64,000 nucleotides of DNA from an uncultured Methanomassiliicoccales archaeon (lineage in GTDB: Archaea > Thermoplasmatota > Thermoplasmata > Methanomassiliicoccales > Methanomethylophilaceae): positions 93,403 to 157,402 of the forward strand of contig CAZJWD010000003.1 in the NCBI GenBank assembly GCA_964550065.1, read 5' to 3'. Position numbers and translations under genes: made by a program. Each line of letters opens with the position of its first letter. Within the stretch, counting starts at the first letter, position 1. Below, one piece after another: positions 8,717 to 17,050 of the stretch. The notes under the pieces were generated by a model. The model had not been told where the DNA came from. It did not search any database and worked only from the letters and a program-made list of their open reading frames with translations.

Positions 8717-10744
8717 TCACATACCTCCGAGAATCATAGCGATCACAACGAAGAGCACGGACAGCACCGCGACTCCGATGAGGACCATGGATGAATAGTC
8801 CTGGACGTGTCCGGTCTGCATCTTGCTCATGGCGTCTCCGCCTCCGACAACGGCTCCGGAGAGACCGTTGACGGTTCCGTCGATGATCTGTCTGTCGACG
8901 AAGTTCACACCGCGGGCGACTCCGTCTCCGAGCTTCCAGGAGACCTGGTTGTAGAACTCGGGGAAGAACCACCTGTTGGCGAGAAGCTTGTAGATACCGG
9001 ACTGTCCGTCCTTGTTGAACTTTCCGGGGTTGATGGTCTTCTTGGCGTACATGAGGTAAGCCAGACCGATTCCCAGCAGGGCGAGGACGATGGTCAGGTA
9101 GGTGTAGGGGTTGGTGAACAGCTCGCTGAAGTACTCGAAGCCTTCGCTGTGTCCGCCTCCGACGACGAATCCGGATCCGGTGACATCGAAGGAGATCATT
9201 CCGTCGAGTCCGAACATGATGAAGAATCCGCTCACGACTGCGAAGACGGAGAGGATCATCAGGGGGACGGTCATGGTCTTGGGGGACTCACCATGGCAGT
9301 GCTGCGTGGCGTGACCCTCCTCTCCCATGAATGTCATGAACCACATCCGGAACATGTAGAACGCGGTCATGAAAGCCGTGATGACTGCGAGTACCCAGAG
9401 GACGGTGAACCAGACGGTTCCGTCGTGGCCTGCCTCCATGGCGATCTCGAGGACGAGATCCTTGGACCAGAATCCACTGAACAGGGGGAATCCCGCGATG
9501 GACAGGGATCCGAGGAGCATGGTGATCGAGGTCACCTTCATGTGTTTGTGAAGGCCGCCCATCTCCCTCATGTCCTCTGTGCCGACGGCGTGGATGACGG
9601 ATCCGGAGCACATGAACAGCAGGGCCTTGAAGAAGGCGTGGTTCATCATGTGGAAGCATCCTGCCACGAATCCCGCGGTTCCGGCGGCGATAAGTCCGGC
9701 GTTGCCGTCCTGCATTCCGAGGGCCACGAGGTATCCTCCGGCTCCGAGGGCGAGGATCATGTATCCGAGCTGGGAGACGGTAGAGAAGGCCAGGACCTTC
9801 TTGATGTTCATGTTGTTCATCGCCATGGTCGCGGCGAAGAACGCGGTGACTCCTCCGATGATTCCGACGAAGAGCATGACCTCGGGGTTCTGGACGAACA
9901 GAGGGTAGCCCCTCGCGACGAGATAGACTCCGGCCTTGACCATGGTCGCGGCGTGGATCAGAGAGGAGACTGTTGTGGGACCGGCCATCGCATCGGGCAG
10001 CCAGTCGTGCAGAGGGAACTGAGCGCTCTTACCGATGACTCCTCCGAATACGAGGAGCATACCGAGCATCAGCATGTCGGAGTCGGCGTTCGCGATGTTC
10101 GCGGCGTCGAACAGTGTCGTGTAGTCCAGGCTCTGGAACTCGCCCAGGAGGATGAACAGACCCGCCATCAGACAGACATCACCCAGACGGGTGACGAGGA
10201 ACGCCTTCTTGGCTGCGGAGGCGGCGTTGGCGGAGGCCGCGTCGCCCTCGGGGTGCCTGAAGGACCAGAATCCGATCAGCAGGTAGGAGCACAGTCCCAT
10301 GACCTCCCAGAAGATGAACAGCTCCAGGAAGTTGCTGGAGACGATCAGTCCGAGCATACCGGTCAGGAACAGGGAGACCTCGGCGTAGTACCTCGTCTTC
10401 CTGGGTCCCTGGTCGCCCATGTATCCTATGGAGTACACGAAGATCAGGGTGGAGATGAACGAGGAGAACAGCATCATCATGCAGGTGAGGCCGTCCACGT
10501 AGTATCCGAGGTGCATTGTGATTCCGCCGATGCTGAACCACTCGATGGAAGAGGTCACTGCGGCGGGGTACTGGTCTCCCGTGAGGTACTCGTAGGAGAT
10601 CAGGCAGGCGACGATGAACGAGATCAGCGCGCCGGCGATTGCGATGTACCCTCCGTTCTGAGGGGTTTTCCTGCCAACGAGACCGATGATCAGGAAGCAC
10701 AGCATGGGGACGAGGGGCACGAGCCAAGTGTATTCTATGAACAT
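8717..10744 (-). CDS. nuoL: Fpo/Nuo-like complex subunit L (antiporter-like with lateral helix)
   Basis: GKSAQFPLHDWLPDAMAGPTTVSSLIHAATMVKAGVY signature. 675 aa. Confidence 0.9.
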   Translation of the reverse strand: MFIEYTWLVPLVPMLCFLIIGLVGRKTPQNGGYIAIAGALISFIVACLISYEYLTGDQYPAAVTSSIEWFSIGGITMHLGYYVDGLTCMMMLFSSFISTLIFVYSIGYMGDQGPRKTRYYAEVSLFLTGMLGLIVSSNFLELFIFWEVMGLCSYLLIGFWSFRHPEGDAASANAASAAKKAFLVTRLGDVCLMAGLFILLGEFQSLDYTTLFDAANIANADSDMLMLGMLLVFGGVIGKSAQFPLHDWLPDAMAGPTTVSSLIHAATMVKAGVYLVARGYPLFVQNPEVMLFVGIIGGVTAFFAATMAMNNMNIKKVLAFSTVSQLGYMILALGAGGYLVALGMQDGNAGLIAAGTAGFVAGCFHMMNHAFFKALLFMCSGSVIHAVGTEDMREMGGLHKHMKVTSITMLLGSLSIAGFPLFSGFWSKDLVLEIAMEAGHDGTVWFTVLWVLAVITAFMTAFYMFRMWFMTFMGEEGHATQHCHGESPKTMTVPLMILSVFAVVSGFFIMFGLDGMISFDVTGSGFVVGGGHSEGFEYFSELFTNPYTYLTIVLALLGIGLAYLMYAKKTINPGKFNKDGQSGIYKLLANRWFFPEFYNQVSWKLGDGVARGVNFVDRQIIDGTVNGLSGAVVGGGDAMSKMQTGHVQDYSSMVLIGVAVLSVLFVVIAMILGGM

Positions 10745-10745
10745 C

Positions 10746-11054
10746 TTACCACCTCATGGATGTGAGCTCAGCGTCGTCGAGGTCGCTTGTCTTCCTCAGT
10801 TTGTAGGCGTTGAGCAGGATAGCTATACCGACTGCCACTTCGGCAGCCGCTACGGAGATCGTCATGACGACGAAGGCCATTCCGACGGCGTCGCCGTTGA
10901 AGGCCCCGAATGCCACGAAGTTGATGTTGGCCGCATTGAGCATGAGCTCGATGCACATGAGCACGACGATTGCGTTGCTCTTGGTGAGCACTCCGTAGGC
11001 TCCGATGACGAACAGGATCGCTCCCAGAATCAGGAAGTACTCAATTGGAATCAT
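10746..11054 (-). CDS. nuoK: Fpo/Nuo-like complex subunit K
   Basis: 102-aa 3-TM protein, ...CIELMLNAANINFVAF...AAAEVAVGIAILL... Confidence 0.85.
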   Translation of the reverse strand: MIPIEYFLILGAILFVIGAYGVLTKSNAIVVLMCIELMLNAANINFVAFGAFNGDAVGMAFVVMTISVAAAEVAVGIAILLNAYKLRKTSDLDDAELTSMRW

Positions 11055-11352
11055 CTGATTCGACCTCCTCTCTGGAAATGCAGACTCCGCCGATCATGGC
11101 TCCGAACATGAGGAGCGCGAGAGGTATGAGCACGATGCCGTACTTCTCGAACACGACGTAGGCGAGGCTGTTCTCTTTCAGTTCACCGCTCTCATCGTAG
11201 ATCCCGTCGTCTCCGTCGGGATTGATCGAGGGGACGCTCTCGGGACTGTCGTTCTCGGTGTAGTCGCTCCAGTCGACGGTAGCGATACCGACGACCAGGA
11301 CGGCCAAGAGGACGACAGAGACTGCGGCTCCGATTACGAGTTTCTTACTCAT
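11041..11352 (-). CDS. Fpo/Nuo-like complex subunit J, C-terminal half (split J)
   Basis: N-terminal TM, acidic loop, then LAYVVFEKYGIVLIPLALLMFGAMIGG, which matches the C-terminal NuoJ helix. Overlaps its neighbours by 8 and 14 nt. Confidence 0.6.
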   Translation of the reverse strand: MSKKLVIGAAVSVVLLAVLVVGIATVDWSDYTENDSPESVPSINPDGDDGIYDESGELKENSLAYVVFEKYGIVLIPLALLMFGAMIGGVCISREEVESDDSN

Positions 11353-11686
11353 CGGACTCTCCCTCCGGTTTCATAATGTATCTTCTAGTCAACATGATGC
11401 TGAACGCGAACAAGATGGTGATAGCTCCGACGTAGACGAGGATCTGCACCACACCTATGAATTCCGCTTCGAGGAAGAAGTAGACGAACCCGACACAGAG
11501 GAACACGAGTGCGAGGTAGAACGCACTGTGGATGACCTCTTTCTCCGTCACCACGTAGAGCGCGGCGAGGACGGCGATGGCCGACAGTATCAGGAACGCC
11601 ACGAGATCGAGGTTGCCCAGCAGGTAGTTGCCGAAGTCCCCGAGTCCGTTCCAGAACGCGTTCCATAAATCCATGAGCGCTCCCAT
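11345..11686 (-). CDS. nuoJ: Fpo/Nuo-like complex subunit J, N-terminal half (split J)
   Basis: HSAFYLALVFLCVGFVYFFLEAEFIGVVQILVYVGAITILFAF, the NuoJ TM1-3 signature. Confidence 0.75.
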   Translation of the reverse strand: MGALMDLWNAFWNGLGDFGNYLLGNLDLVAFLILSAIAVLAALYVVTEKEVIHSAFYLALVFLCVGFVYFFLEAEFIGVVQILVYVGAITILFAFSIMLTRRYIMKPEGESDE

Positions 11687-12426
11687 CAGAGCACCTCCTT
11701 GATTTCAAGCGCATCTTTGGGACAGTCGTCCACGCAGTTGCTGCAGCAGATGCACTTGCTGTTATCGATGACCGGACGCAGGATGGGCTTGCCCTTGTCG
11801 TTGACCCCTTTCTCCACCATCTCGATGGCACTCACGGGGCAGACCTTGGCGCACTTCTTGCATCCGATGCACTTGCTGTCGATCAGCTCGGGCCTGTCCA
11901 AATCGAACAGGGAGACGCGCCTCTCGGGGTTCCCGTTCTCGATGTCGGAAGGCAGTGTGACCTCCAGCTTGACTTTCATTCCCTCGGTGGTTCCCTCGTA
12001 GTTGAGCCTCTTGGGACCGTAGATGAGGTCGTACCTGGTGTACTCGGAGAGCTCGTACTCGGGCGTGACGGTCATGGCGTCCACGGGGCAGTACTCGGCG
12101 CAGTATCCGCACATGGCGCACCTGCCGAGGTTGACCTGGGGCCTCCTGACGGTCTTCCCTTCGGAGTCCTCGCTGTCGACCAGCTTGATGCATGCCGTGG
12201 GGCACATGCGTGCGCACATCCCGCATCCGACGCACTGGTCGAATATGAGTCCGGGGCGTCCGCGGTAGTTCTCGGGCACCCACTCCTTCTCATAGGGGTA
12301 GAGCACGGTGACCGGCCTGTGGACGACGGTCTTGAAGAACAGCTTCAGGACTGCCCACTGGGGCTTCAGGACCCAAAGGCTCTTGGCCAGATTCTTGGGG
12401 TACTTGTCCAGATATTTCATTGCCAT
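11686..12426 (-). CDS. nuoI: Fpo/Nuo-like complex subunit I with an extra C-terminal 2x[4Fe-4S] ferredoxin domain
   Basis: Four CxxCxxCxxxCP motifs: CVGCGMCARMCP, CAMCGYCAEYCP, CIGCKKCAKVCP, CICCSNCVDDCP. The first two sit in a canonical NuoI context. Confidence 0.85.
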   Translation of the reverse strand: MAMKYLDKYPKNLAKSLWVLKPQWAVLKLFFKTVVHRPVTVLYPYEKEWVPENYRGRPGLIFDQCVGCGMCARMCPTACIKLVDSEDSEGKTVRRPQVNLGRCAMCGYCAEYCPVDAMTVTPEYELSEYTRYDLIYGPKRLNYEGTTEGMKVKLEVTLPSDIENGNPERRVSLFDLDRPELIDSKCIGCKKCAKVCPVSAIEMVEKGVNDKGKPILRPVIDNSKCICCSNCVDDCPKDALEIKEVL

Positions 12427-13604
12427 TACATCAGACCTCCCGCTTTGATTACCAGAACGATGGCCAGGTTAATCACGGACAGGGGCATGAAGACCTTCCA
12501 TCCGATGTTGAGGATCTGATCGGGCCTGACACGGGCCAGAGCGGCTCTGAACAGGATCATCAGGAAGAACACGAGCCAGGTCTTCAGCAGGAACACGATC
12601 TCGGGTATGGGTCCGTCTCCGATGATGGGGAGGGTCCATCCGCCGAGGTACATGATGGTGACCATGGCGCATGCGACGTAGCCTCTGAAATAGTCTGCGA
12701 GCATGATGAGACCCCACTTCATTCCGGCGTACTCGGTCTGCCATCCCTCGACCAGCTCTGCCTCTGCCTCCGCGATATCGAAGGGCAGACGCTCGGACTC
12801 GGCCACGGCGCAGAAGAAGAATGTGATGCATCCTACGATCTGCGGGATGATGTACCAGACGGTGTCGTTCTGTGCGTTGATGATGTCTCCGATGTTGAAG
12901 CTTCCAGCCAGAAGGGCTGTGGTAGCGATCATGATGAGCATCGGCACCTCGTAAGATACCATCAGCTCTGCCGCCCTCATTCCTCCAATAAGGGAGTATT
13001 TGTTGTTCTGTGCCCAACCGGACACGAGGATGAAGAACGGAGCCAGGGCGAAGAAGGCCATGACGATGAGGAGTCCGGTGTCGTAGTCGACGACATACCA
13101 CCTGGCGGACAGGGGTATCATGCATGCGACCAGGACGGACACCCCGATGACCAGGGACACAGTCCACATGTAGGTCATCCTGTCGACCTTTCCGGGTATG
13201 GTGTTCTCCTTCATGAAGGTCTTGAGACCGTCCGCGACGCACTGAAGGAATCCCTTCAGTCCGATCATGGTTCCTCTCCTGTCCATCATCCTACCGAGGC
13301 ATTTACGCTCCATCCATAGGGACAGCAACGTACATACGAACACCACGATGAAGATGATCAGCATGAAGATGATGAGTGCGAACAGGGTGCTAGCACCGTC
13401 TCCGACCAGCCACTCCGAGACGCAGTTGCCGGGGAAGATCAGGTTGATCAGCCAGGCAATCGCTCCGCCGATGAGCTCCCAGAGCCTGTACGCGATGGCG
13501 TAGGGCAGGTTGTAGCCCTCGAACGGGTAGTATGCGTTGTCCATCAGGGGTGTGCCGTAGCTGACGAAATCCAGTATGCTTGTGTACTCTACCAAACTCA
13601 TCAC
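12426..13604 (-). CDS. nuoH: Fpo/Nuo-like complex subunit H
   Basis: ...WMERKCLGRMMDRRG..., GWAQNNKYSLIGGMRAAELMVSYEVP, AESERLPFDIAEAEAELVEG. Confidence 0.85.
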   Translation of the reverse strand: MMSLVEYTSILDFVSYGTPLMDNAYYPFEGYNLPYAIAYRLWELIGGAIAWLINLIFPGNCVSEWLVGDGASTLFALIIFMLIIFIVVFVCTLLSLWMERKCLGRMMDRRGTMIGLKGFLQCVADGLKTFMKENTIPGKVDRMTYMWTVSLVIGVSVLVACMIPLSARWYVVDYDTGLLIVMAFFALAPFFILVSGWAQNNKYSLIGGMRAAELMVSYEVPMLIMIATTALLAGSFNIGDIINAQNDTVWYIIPQIVGCITFFFCAVAESERLPFDIAEAEAELVEGWQTEYAGMKWGLIMLADYFRGYVACAMVTIMYLGGWTLPIIGDGPIPEIVFLLKTWLVFFLMILFRAALARVRPDQILNIGWKVFMPLSVINLAIVLVIKAGGLM

Positions 13605-14746
13605 CTGTCGGTCTCACCCAGGCACATGTCGATCTGGGCGAGGATGGCGGGGACATCCGCGATCCTGCATCCCTGGCACATGGCTTTGGATGTGGATACG
13701 TTCACAAAGATGGGGCTGCGGACCTTGAGCCTGTAGGGCTTGTCGGTTCCGTCGGAGACAAGGTACATGAGGGACTCTCCGCGGGGGTCCTCCATTCTCA
13801 TGAAGTGGGTTCCTGCGGGGACCTTCGTGGGTGTCTTGATCCTGTAGGGCGCGTTCTTTCCGAGGGCCTGGATCTTCTTCACGGCCTGCCTGATGATCTC
13901 ACAGGACTGGAACATCTCCTCGATACGGATCATGTACCTGGCGTAGGAGTCACCCTCGGTCAGGACGGGGACCTCGAAGTCGACCTTGTCGTAATTGTCG
14001 TAGGGGTCGTCGCGGCGGATATCGAAATCCACTCCGCATCCCCTCATCGCGGGACCGGTCATTCCGAGGTTGGCGACCTGCTCGCGAGTGAGATAGCTGA
14101 CACCCTTCATCCTGGAGACGATGATGGAACTCTCGTCCATCAGGTCGATGATGTCCCACAGGGCCTTCTCGAACCTGTCGACGACACGGAGGACATCCCT
14201 GTCGAACAGTTCGGTGGTGTCGTTCCTGACTCCTCCGATACGGGGGTAGTTGGTGGTCATCCTGGCTCCGCAGAGCTTGACGTTCAGGTCGAGGAAATAC
14301 TCCCTCTCCCTCATGGCCCACAGGAAGACAGTCAGATTTCCGAGGTCGGTACCGACCGCGGCGAGCCACATGAGGTGGGAGTTGATCCTGCACACCTCGT
14401 CGGCGACGATCCTGATGTATTTCGCTTTCTCCGGGACATCGATGCCCAGGGCCTTCTCGACTGTCATACAGAAGAGGTGGGTGTAGGTCATGGATGCCGC
14501 ATAGCAGAGACGGTCCGCCATCGGGATGATCTTGGGGTAGGTCCTGTTCTCGGTCTCCTTCTCCCATCCGCGGTGGAGGTAACCGACGATAGGATCGGCG
14601 TCCACAACGATCTCTCCGTCGACCTGGACCTTGAGCGTCCAGAGTCCGTGGGAAAAGGGGTGCTGGGGACCCATGATGATCCACATCTTGTCGGTGTCCA
14701 TCTTCTCTTCGATCTCTTTCACGGGAACTATTGAGTCAGACATCAC
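13601..14746 (-). CDS. nuoD: Fpo/Nuo-like complex subunit D
   Basis: MGPQHPFSHGLWTLKVQVDGEIV...GYLHRGWEK and C-terminal DIDMCLGETDR. Confidence 0.9.
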   Translation of the reverse strand: MMSDSIVPVKEIEEKMDTDKMWIIMGPQHPFSHGLWTLKVQVDGEIVVDADPIVGYLHRGWEKETENRTYPKIIPMADRLCYAASMTYTHLFCMTVEKALGIDVPEKAKYIRIVADEVCRINSHLMWLAAVGTDLGNLTVFLWAMREREYFLDLNVKLCGARMTTNYPRIGGVRNDTTELFDRDVLRVVDRFEKALWDIIDLMDESSIIVSRMKGVSYLTREQVANLGMTGPAMRGCGVDFDIRRDDPYDNYDKVDFEVPVLTEGDSYARYMIRIEEMFQSCEIIRQAVKKIQALGKNAPYRIKTPTKVPAGTHFMRMEDPRGESLMYLVSDGTDKPYRLKVRSPIFVNVSTSKAMCQGCRIADVPAILAQIDMCLGETDR

Positions 14747-15213
14747 TCACTCCCCCTGAGCTTGTATGATTTCCTGAAGGGGAAGAACTCGTAGGTCTCC
14801 GGAGTCAGCAGCCTCTCCAGCCTGGGGTGGTTGTCGAAGACGATTCCGAAGAGCTCCCAGGTCTCCCTCTCGTGCCAGTTGGCACCCTCCCAGACGCAGG
14901 CGACGGACTCCACATGGGGGTCATCCGCGGGGAGGTCGGTGGAGAGCTCGATCATGAGCCCGTTGTAGTAGTTGGTCAGGTGGTAGACCACGGTGAGATG
15001 ATCGACGTAGTCGACTCCGATAACGGTCGAGCAGTGCTCGAACGTGAGGTTGTGCTGGATGTACTTGCACACCTCGAGGACATCCTCCCTAGGAAGCTTG
15101 GCGTAGACCCTGCGGGTCTCCGTGCCAGTGACCTCGACGGAGGGGAACTTCTCGGTGAGGAGGGCCTTGACCTCATCCTCGGTGGGTTTCTGATAGACGG
15201 CTTCGGTGTCCAT
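14743..15213 (-). CDS. nuoC: Fpo/Nuo-like complex subunit C
   Basis: ...WEGANWHERETWELFGIVFDNHP... Internal ATG at 15213 chosen because the longer ORF overlaps nuoB out of frame. Confidence 0.8.
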   Translation of the reverse strand: MDTEAVYQKPTEDEVKALLTEKFPSVEVTGTETRRVYAKLPREDVLEVCKYIQHNLTFEHCSTVIGVDYVDHLTVVYHLTNYYNGLMIELSTDLPADDPHVESVACVWEGANWHERETWELFGIVFDNHPRLERLLTPETYEFFPFRKSYKLRGSE

Positions 15214-15215
15214 CC

Positions 15216-15773
15216 TCAGTCCTCCATGAAGGCTCCTCTCCTGAAGTAGCTCTCGATCTTCTTCTGGAGGAGCATGAATCCGTCGATCATCGCGTCGGGA
15301 CGAGCGGGGCATCCGGGAATGTAGATATCCACGGGCACAATCTGGTCCAGTCCCTGGACCGTGTTGTAGGAGTCATACCAGGGTCCGCCGGAGATGGCGC
15401 ACTCGCCCATGGCGACGACCCACTTGGGGTTGGGAATCTGCTCGTAAAGACGCCTGAGGTCGGGACGGATCTTCTTGGTGATCCATCCGTTGACGAGCAG
15501 GATATCGGTCTGCCTGGGCGAGGAACGGTAGATCATACCGTAACGCTCGGCATCGTACCTGGGAGCGGAGGCGGCTGCCATCTCAAGGGCGCAGCATGCC
15601 AGACCCCAGTGCAGAGGGTGCATGGAGTTCTTCATCGCCCAGGACCAGATGGGTCCGGTGAGCTCGTCCACAGTCTTTTTCATTCCGGAGCTGAGGAGGT
15701 CGTTGATCATGGCGTCAGACCATGACATGAACTCGTCAGCACTCATGGCTACCGCATGGGGGTAGAGGCTCAT
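15216..15773 (-). CDS. nuoB: Fpo/Nuo-like complex subunit B
   Basis: HPLHWGLACCALEM...GECAISGGPW...IPGCPARP (N2 cluster ligands). The ATG at 15773 forms an ATGA overlap with the nuoA stop. Confidence 0.9.
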   Translation of the reverse strand: MSLYPHAVAMSADEFMSWSDAMINDLLSSGMKKTVDELTGPIWSWAMKNSMHPLHWGLACCALEMAAASAPRYDAERYGMIYRSSPRQTDILLVNGWITKKIRPDLRRLYEQIPNPKWVVAMGECAISGGPWYDSYNTVQGLDQIVPVDIYIPGCPARPDAMIDGFMLLQKKIESYFRRGAFMED

Positions 15774-16132
15774 ATCCATACGTATTCCTCCTTTTTCAAG
15801 GCGTATACCACACCAAGAATCAGAATACCGAAGAATGCCAGCATCATGAGCTGAGCGTTCATGGAAAGTCCAGAGAACGCGATTGCCCAAATCATAAGGA
15901 AGGTTGCAACCAGGTCAAAAACGACAAAAATCAATGCAAAAGTGTAGTATTGGAACCTGAACTGAACCTGAGCTTCTCCGATAGGCTCTGAACCGCACTC
16001 ATAGGTTGTCTCCATCCACTGAGTCGGTTTCTTGGGGCGAACTAACCTCGACACCCACCATGCCAGCGGTGCGAATCCGAGCGCGATAACGCTCACTATC
16101 GCTAATGGCATGTAGTACACTATTAGTGACAT
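15770..16132 (-). CDS. nuoA: Fpo/Nuo-like complex subunit A
   Basis: 120-aa 3-TM protein with YECGSEPIGEAQVQFRFQYYTFALIFVVFDL. Internal ATG at 16132. Confidence 0.8.
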   Translation of the reverse strand: MSLIVYYMPLAIVSVIALGFAPLAWWVSRLVRPKKPTQWMETTYECGSEPIGEAQVQFRFQYYTFALIFVVFDLVATFLMIWAIAFSGLSMNAQLMMLAFFGILILGVVYALKKEEYVWI

Positions 16133-16178
16133 TGGTTTTCGCGATGGAGTGGTAGTACATAAACTATCCTTCCGCGCG

Positions 16179-16186
16179 TTTATATA
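16179..16186. promoter_or_regulatory. TATA box (TTTATATA) in the divergent fpo/proC intergenic region
   Basis: cgcgcgTTTATATAgg lies 47 nt upstream of the nuoA ATG (reverse strand) and 64 nt upstream of proC. A second TTTATGAA sits about 26 nt before the proC ATG. Confidence 0.35.
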
Positions 16187-16249
16187 GGAGAAGGTATCCC
16201 AAGCAGGCCTTTCCCATAGTTTATGAAGGGCTAAATTCTTGCCCTGTCC

Positions 16250-17050
16250 ATGGACTCTGAAATCGGATTCATCGGAGCGGGAAAAATGGCCGAAGCCCTC
16301 ATCGGAGGACTCATCGCGAAAGGCGTGTTCGAAAACGGATCGATAGCCGCCTGCGCGCCGTCGGAGGCCACCCGCAAAAGGGTGTCCGAGCAATACGGGA
16401 TCTCCGTCTGCGGCACGGCGAAGGAGCTGTGCGCCGAATCGAGGATCGTGGTCCTCGCAGTCAAACCGAAGCAGGTCCCCGAGGTCTTCGCCGAGGGTCT
16501 CGACCTGGACGGGAAGATGCTCATAAGCATCGTCGCGGGACTGTCCGTGGACAAGCTGAAATCATATGTGCCAGCATCCAAGGTTATCAGAGTCATGCCC
16601 AACCACTGCTGCATGGTTCTTGAAGGTGCCATGGGATACTGCTGCGATGCCTCCGTGACCTCTGAGGAAAAGGAGCGCGTGGCCGAGATCCTCGGTGCCG
16701 TGGGACTGGCTGCTGAGGTGAAGGAGTCGGACATGGATGCGATCACCGGACTCGCCGGGAGCTCCCCTGCGTTCCTGTACCTCGTCATCGACGCCATGGC
16801 GGATGCGGGAGTGCTCAACGGACTGTCCAGAGCGGATTCCATAGAACTGGCGGCGCAGTCCATGCTCGGGGCGGCCAAGATGGTTCTGGAGACCGGGAAA
16901 CATCCCGATGTCCTCAGAGACGAGGTCTGTTCCCCCGGAGGGACGACGATCGAGGGAGTCCGTGCCGCGGAGGACCTGGGCCTCCGTTCGGCCATGATCG
17001 CGGCCATAGACGCCGCTGTGGAGAAGTCCCGCAGGATGAGCGGGAACTGA
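16250..17050 (+). CDS. proC: Pyrroline-5-carboxylate reductase
   Basis: IGFIGAGKMAEALIGGL Rossmann start, SSPAFLYLVIDAMADAGV, VCSPGGTTIEG. Confidence 0.9.
   Translation: MDSEIGFIGAGKMAEALIGGLIAKGVFENGSIAACAPSEATRKRVSEQYGISVCGTAKELCAESRIVVLAVKPKQVPEVFAEGLDLDGKMLISIVAGLSVDKLKSYVPASKVIRVMPNHCCMVLEGAMGYCCDASVTSEEKERVAEILGAVGLAAEVKESDMDAITGLAGSSPAFLYLVIDAMADAGVLNGLSRADSIELAAQSMLGAAKMVLETGKHPDVLRDEVCSPGGTTIEGVRAAEDLGLRSAMIAAIDAAVEKSRRMSGN

Noticed and set aside
8807-10765. 652-aa + strand ORF (and similar ones at 7354..8133 and 13580..14734)
   Set aside because: These are antisense to nuoL, nuoM and nuoD, with Asp/Gly/Glu/His-rich low complexity. They are shadow ORFs.
16231-17007. 258-aa - strand ORF overlapping proC
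   Set aside because: It is antisense to proC, which has clear Rossmann and P5CR motifs. The ORF is Ser/Ala/Pro-rich with no motif.
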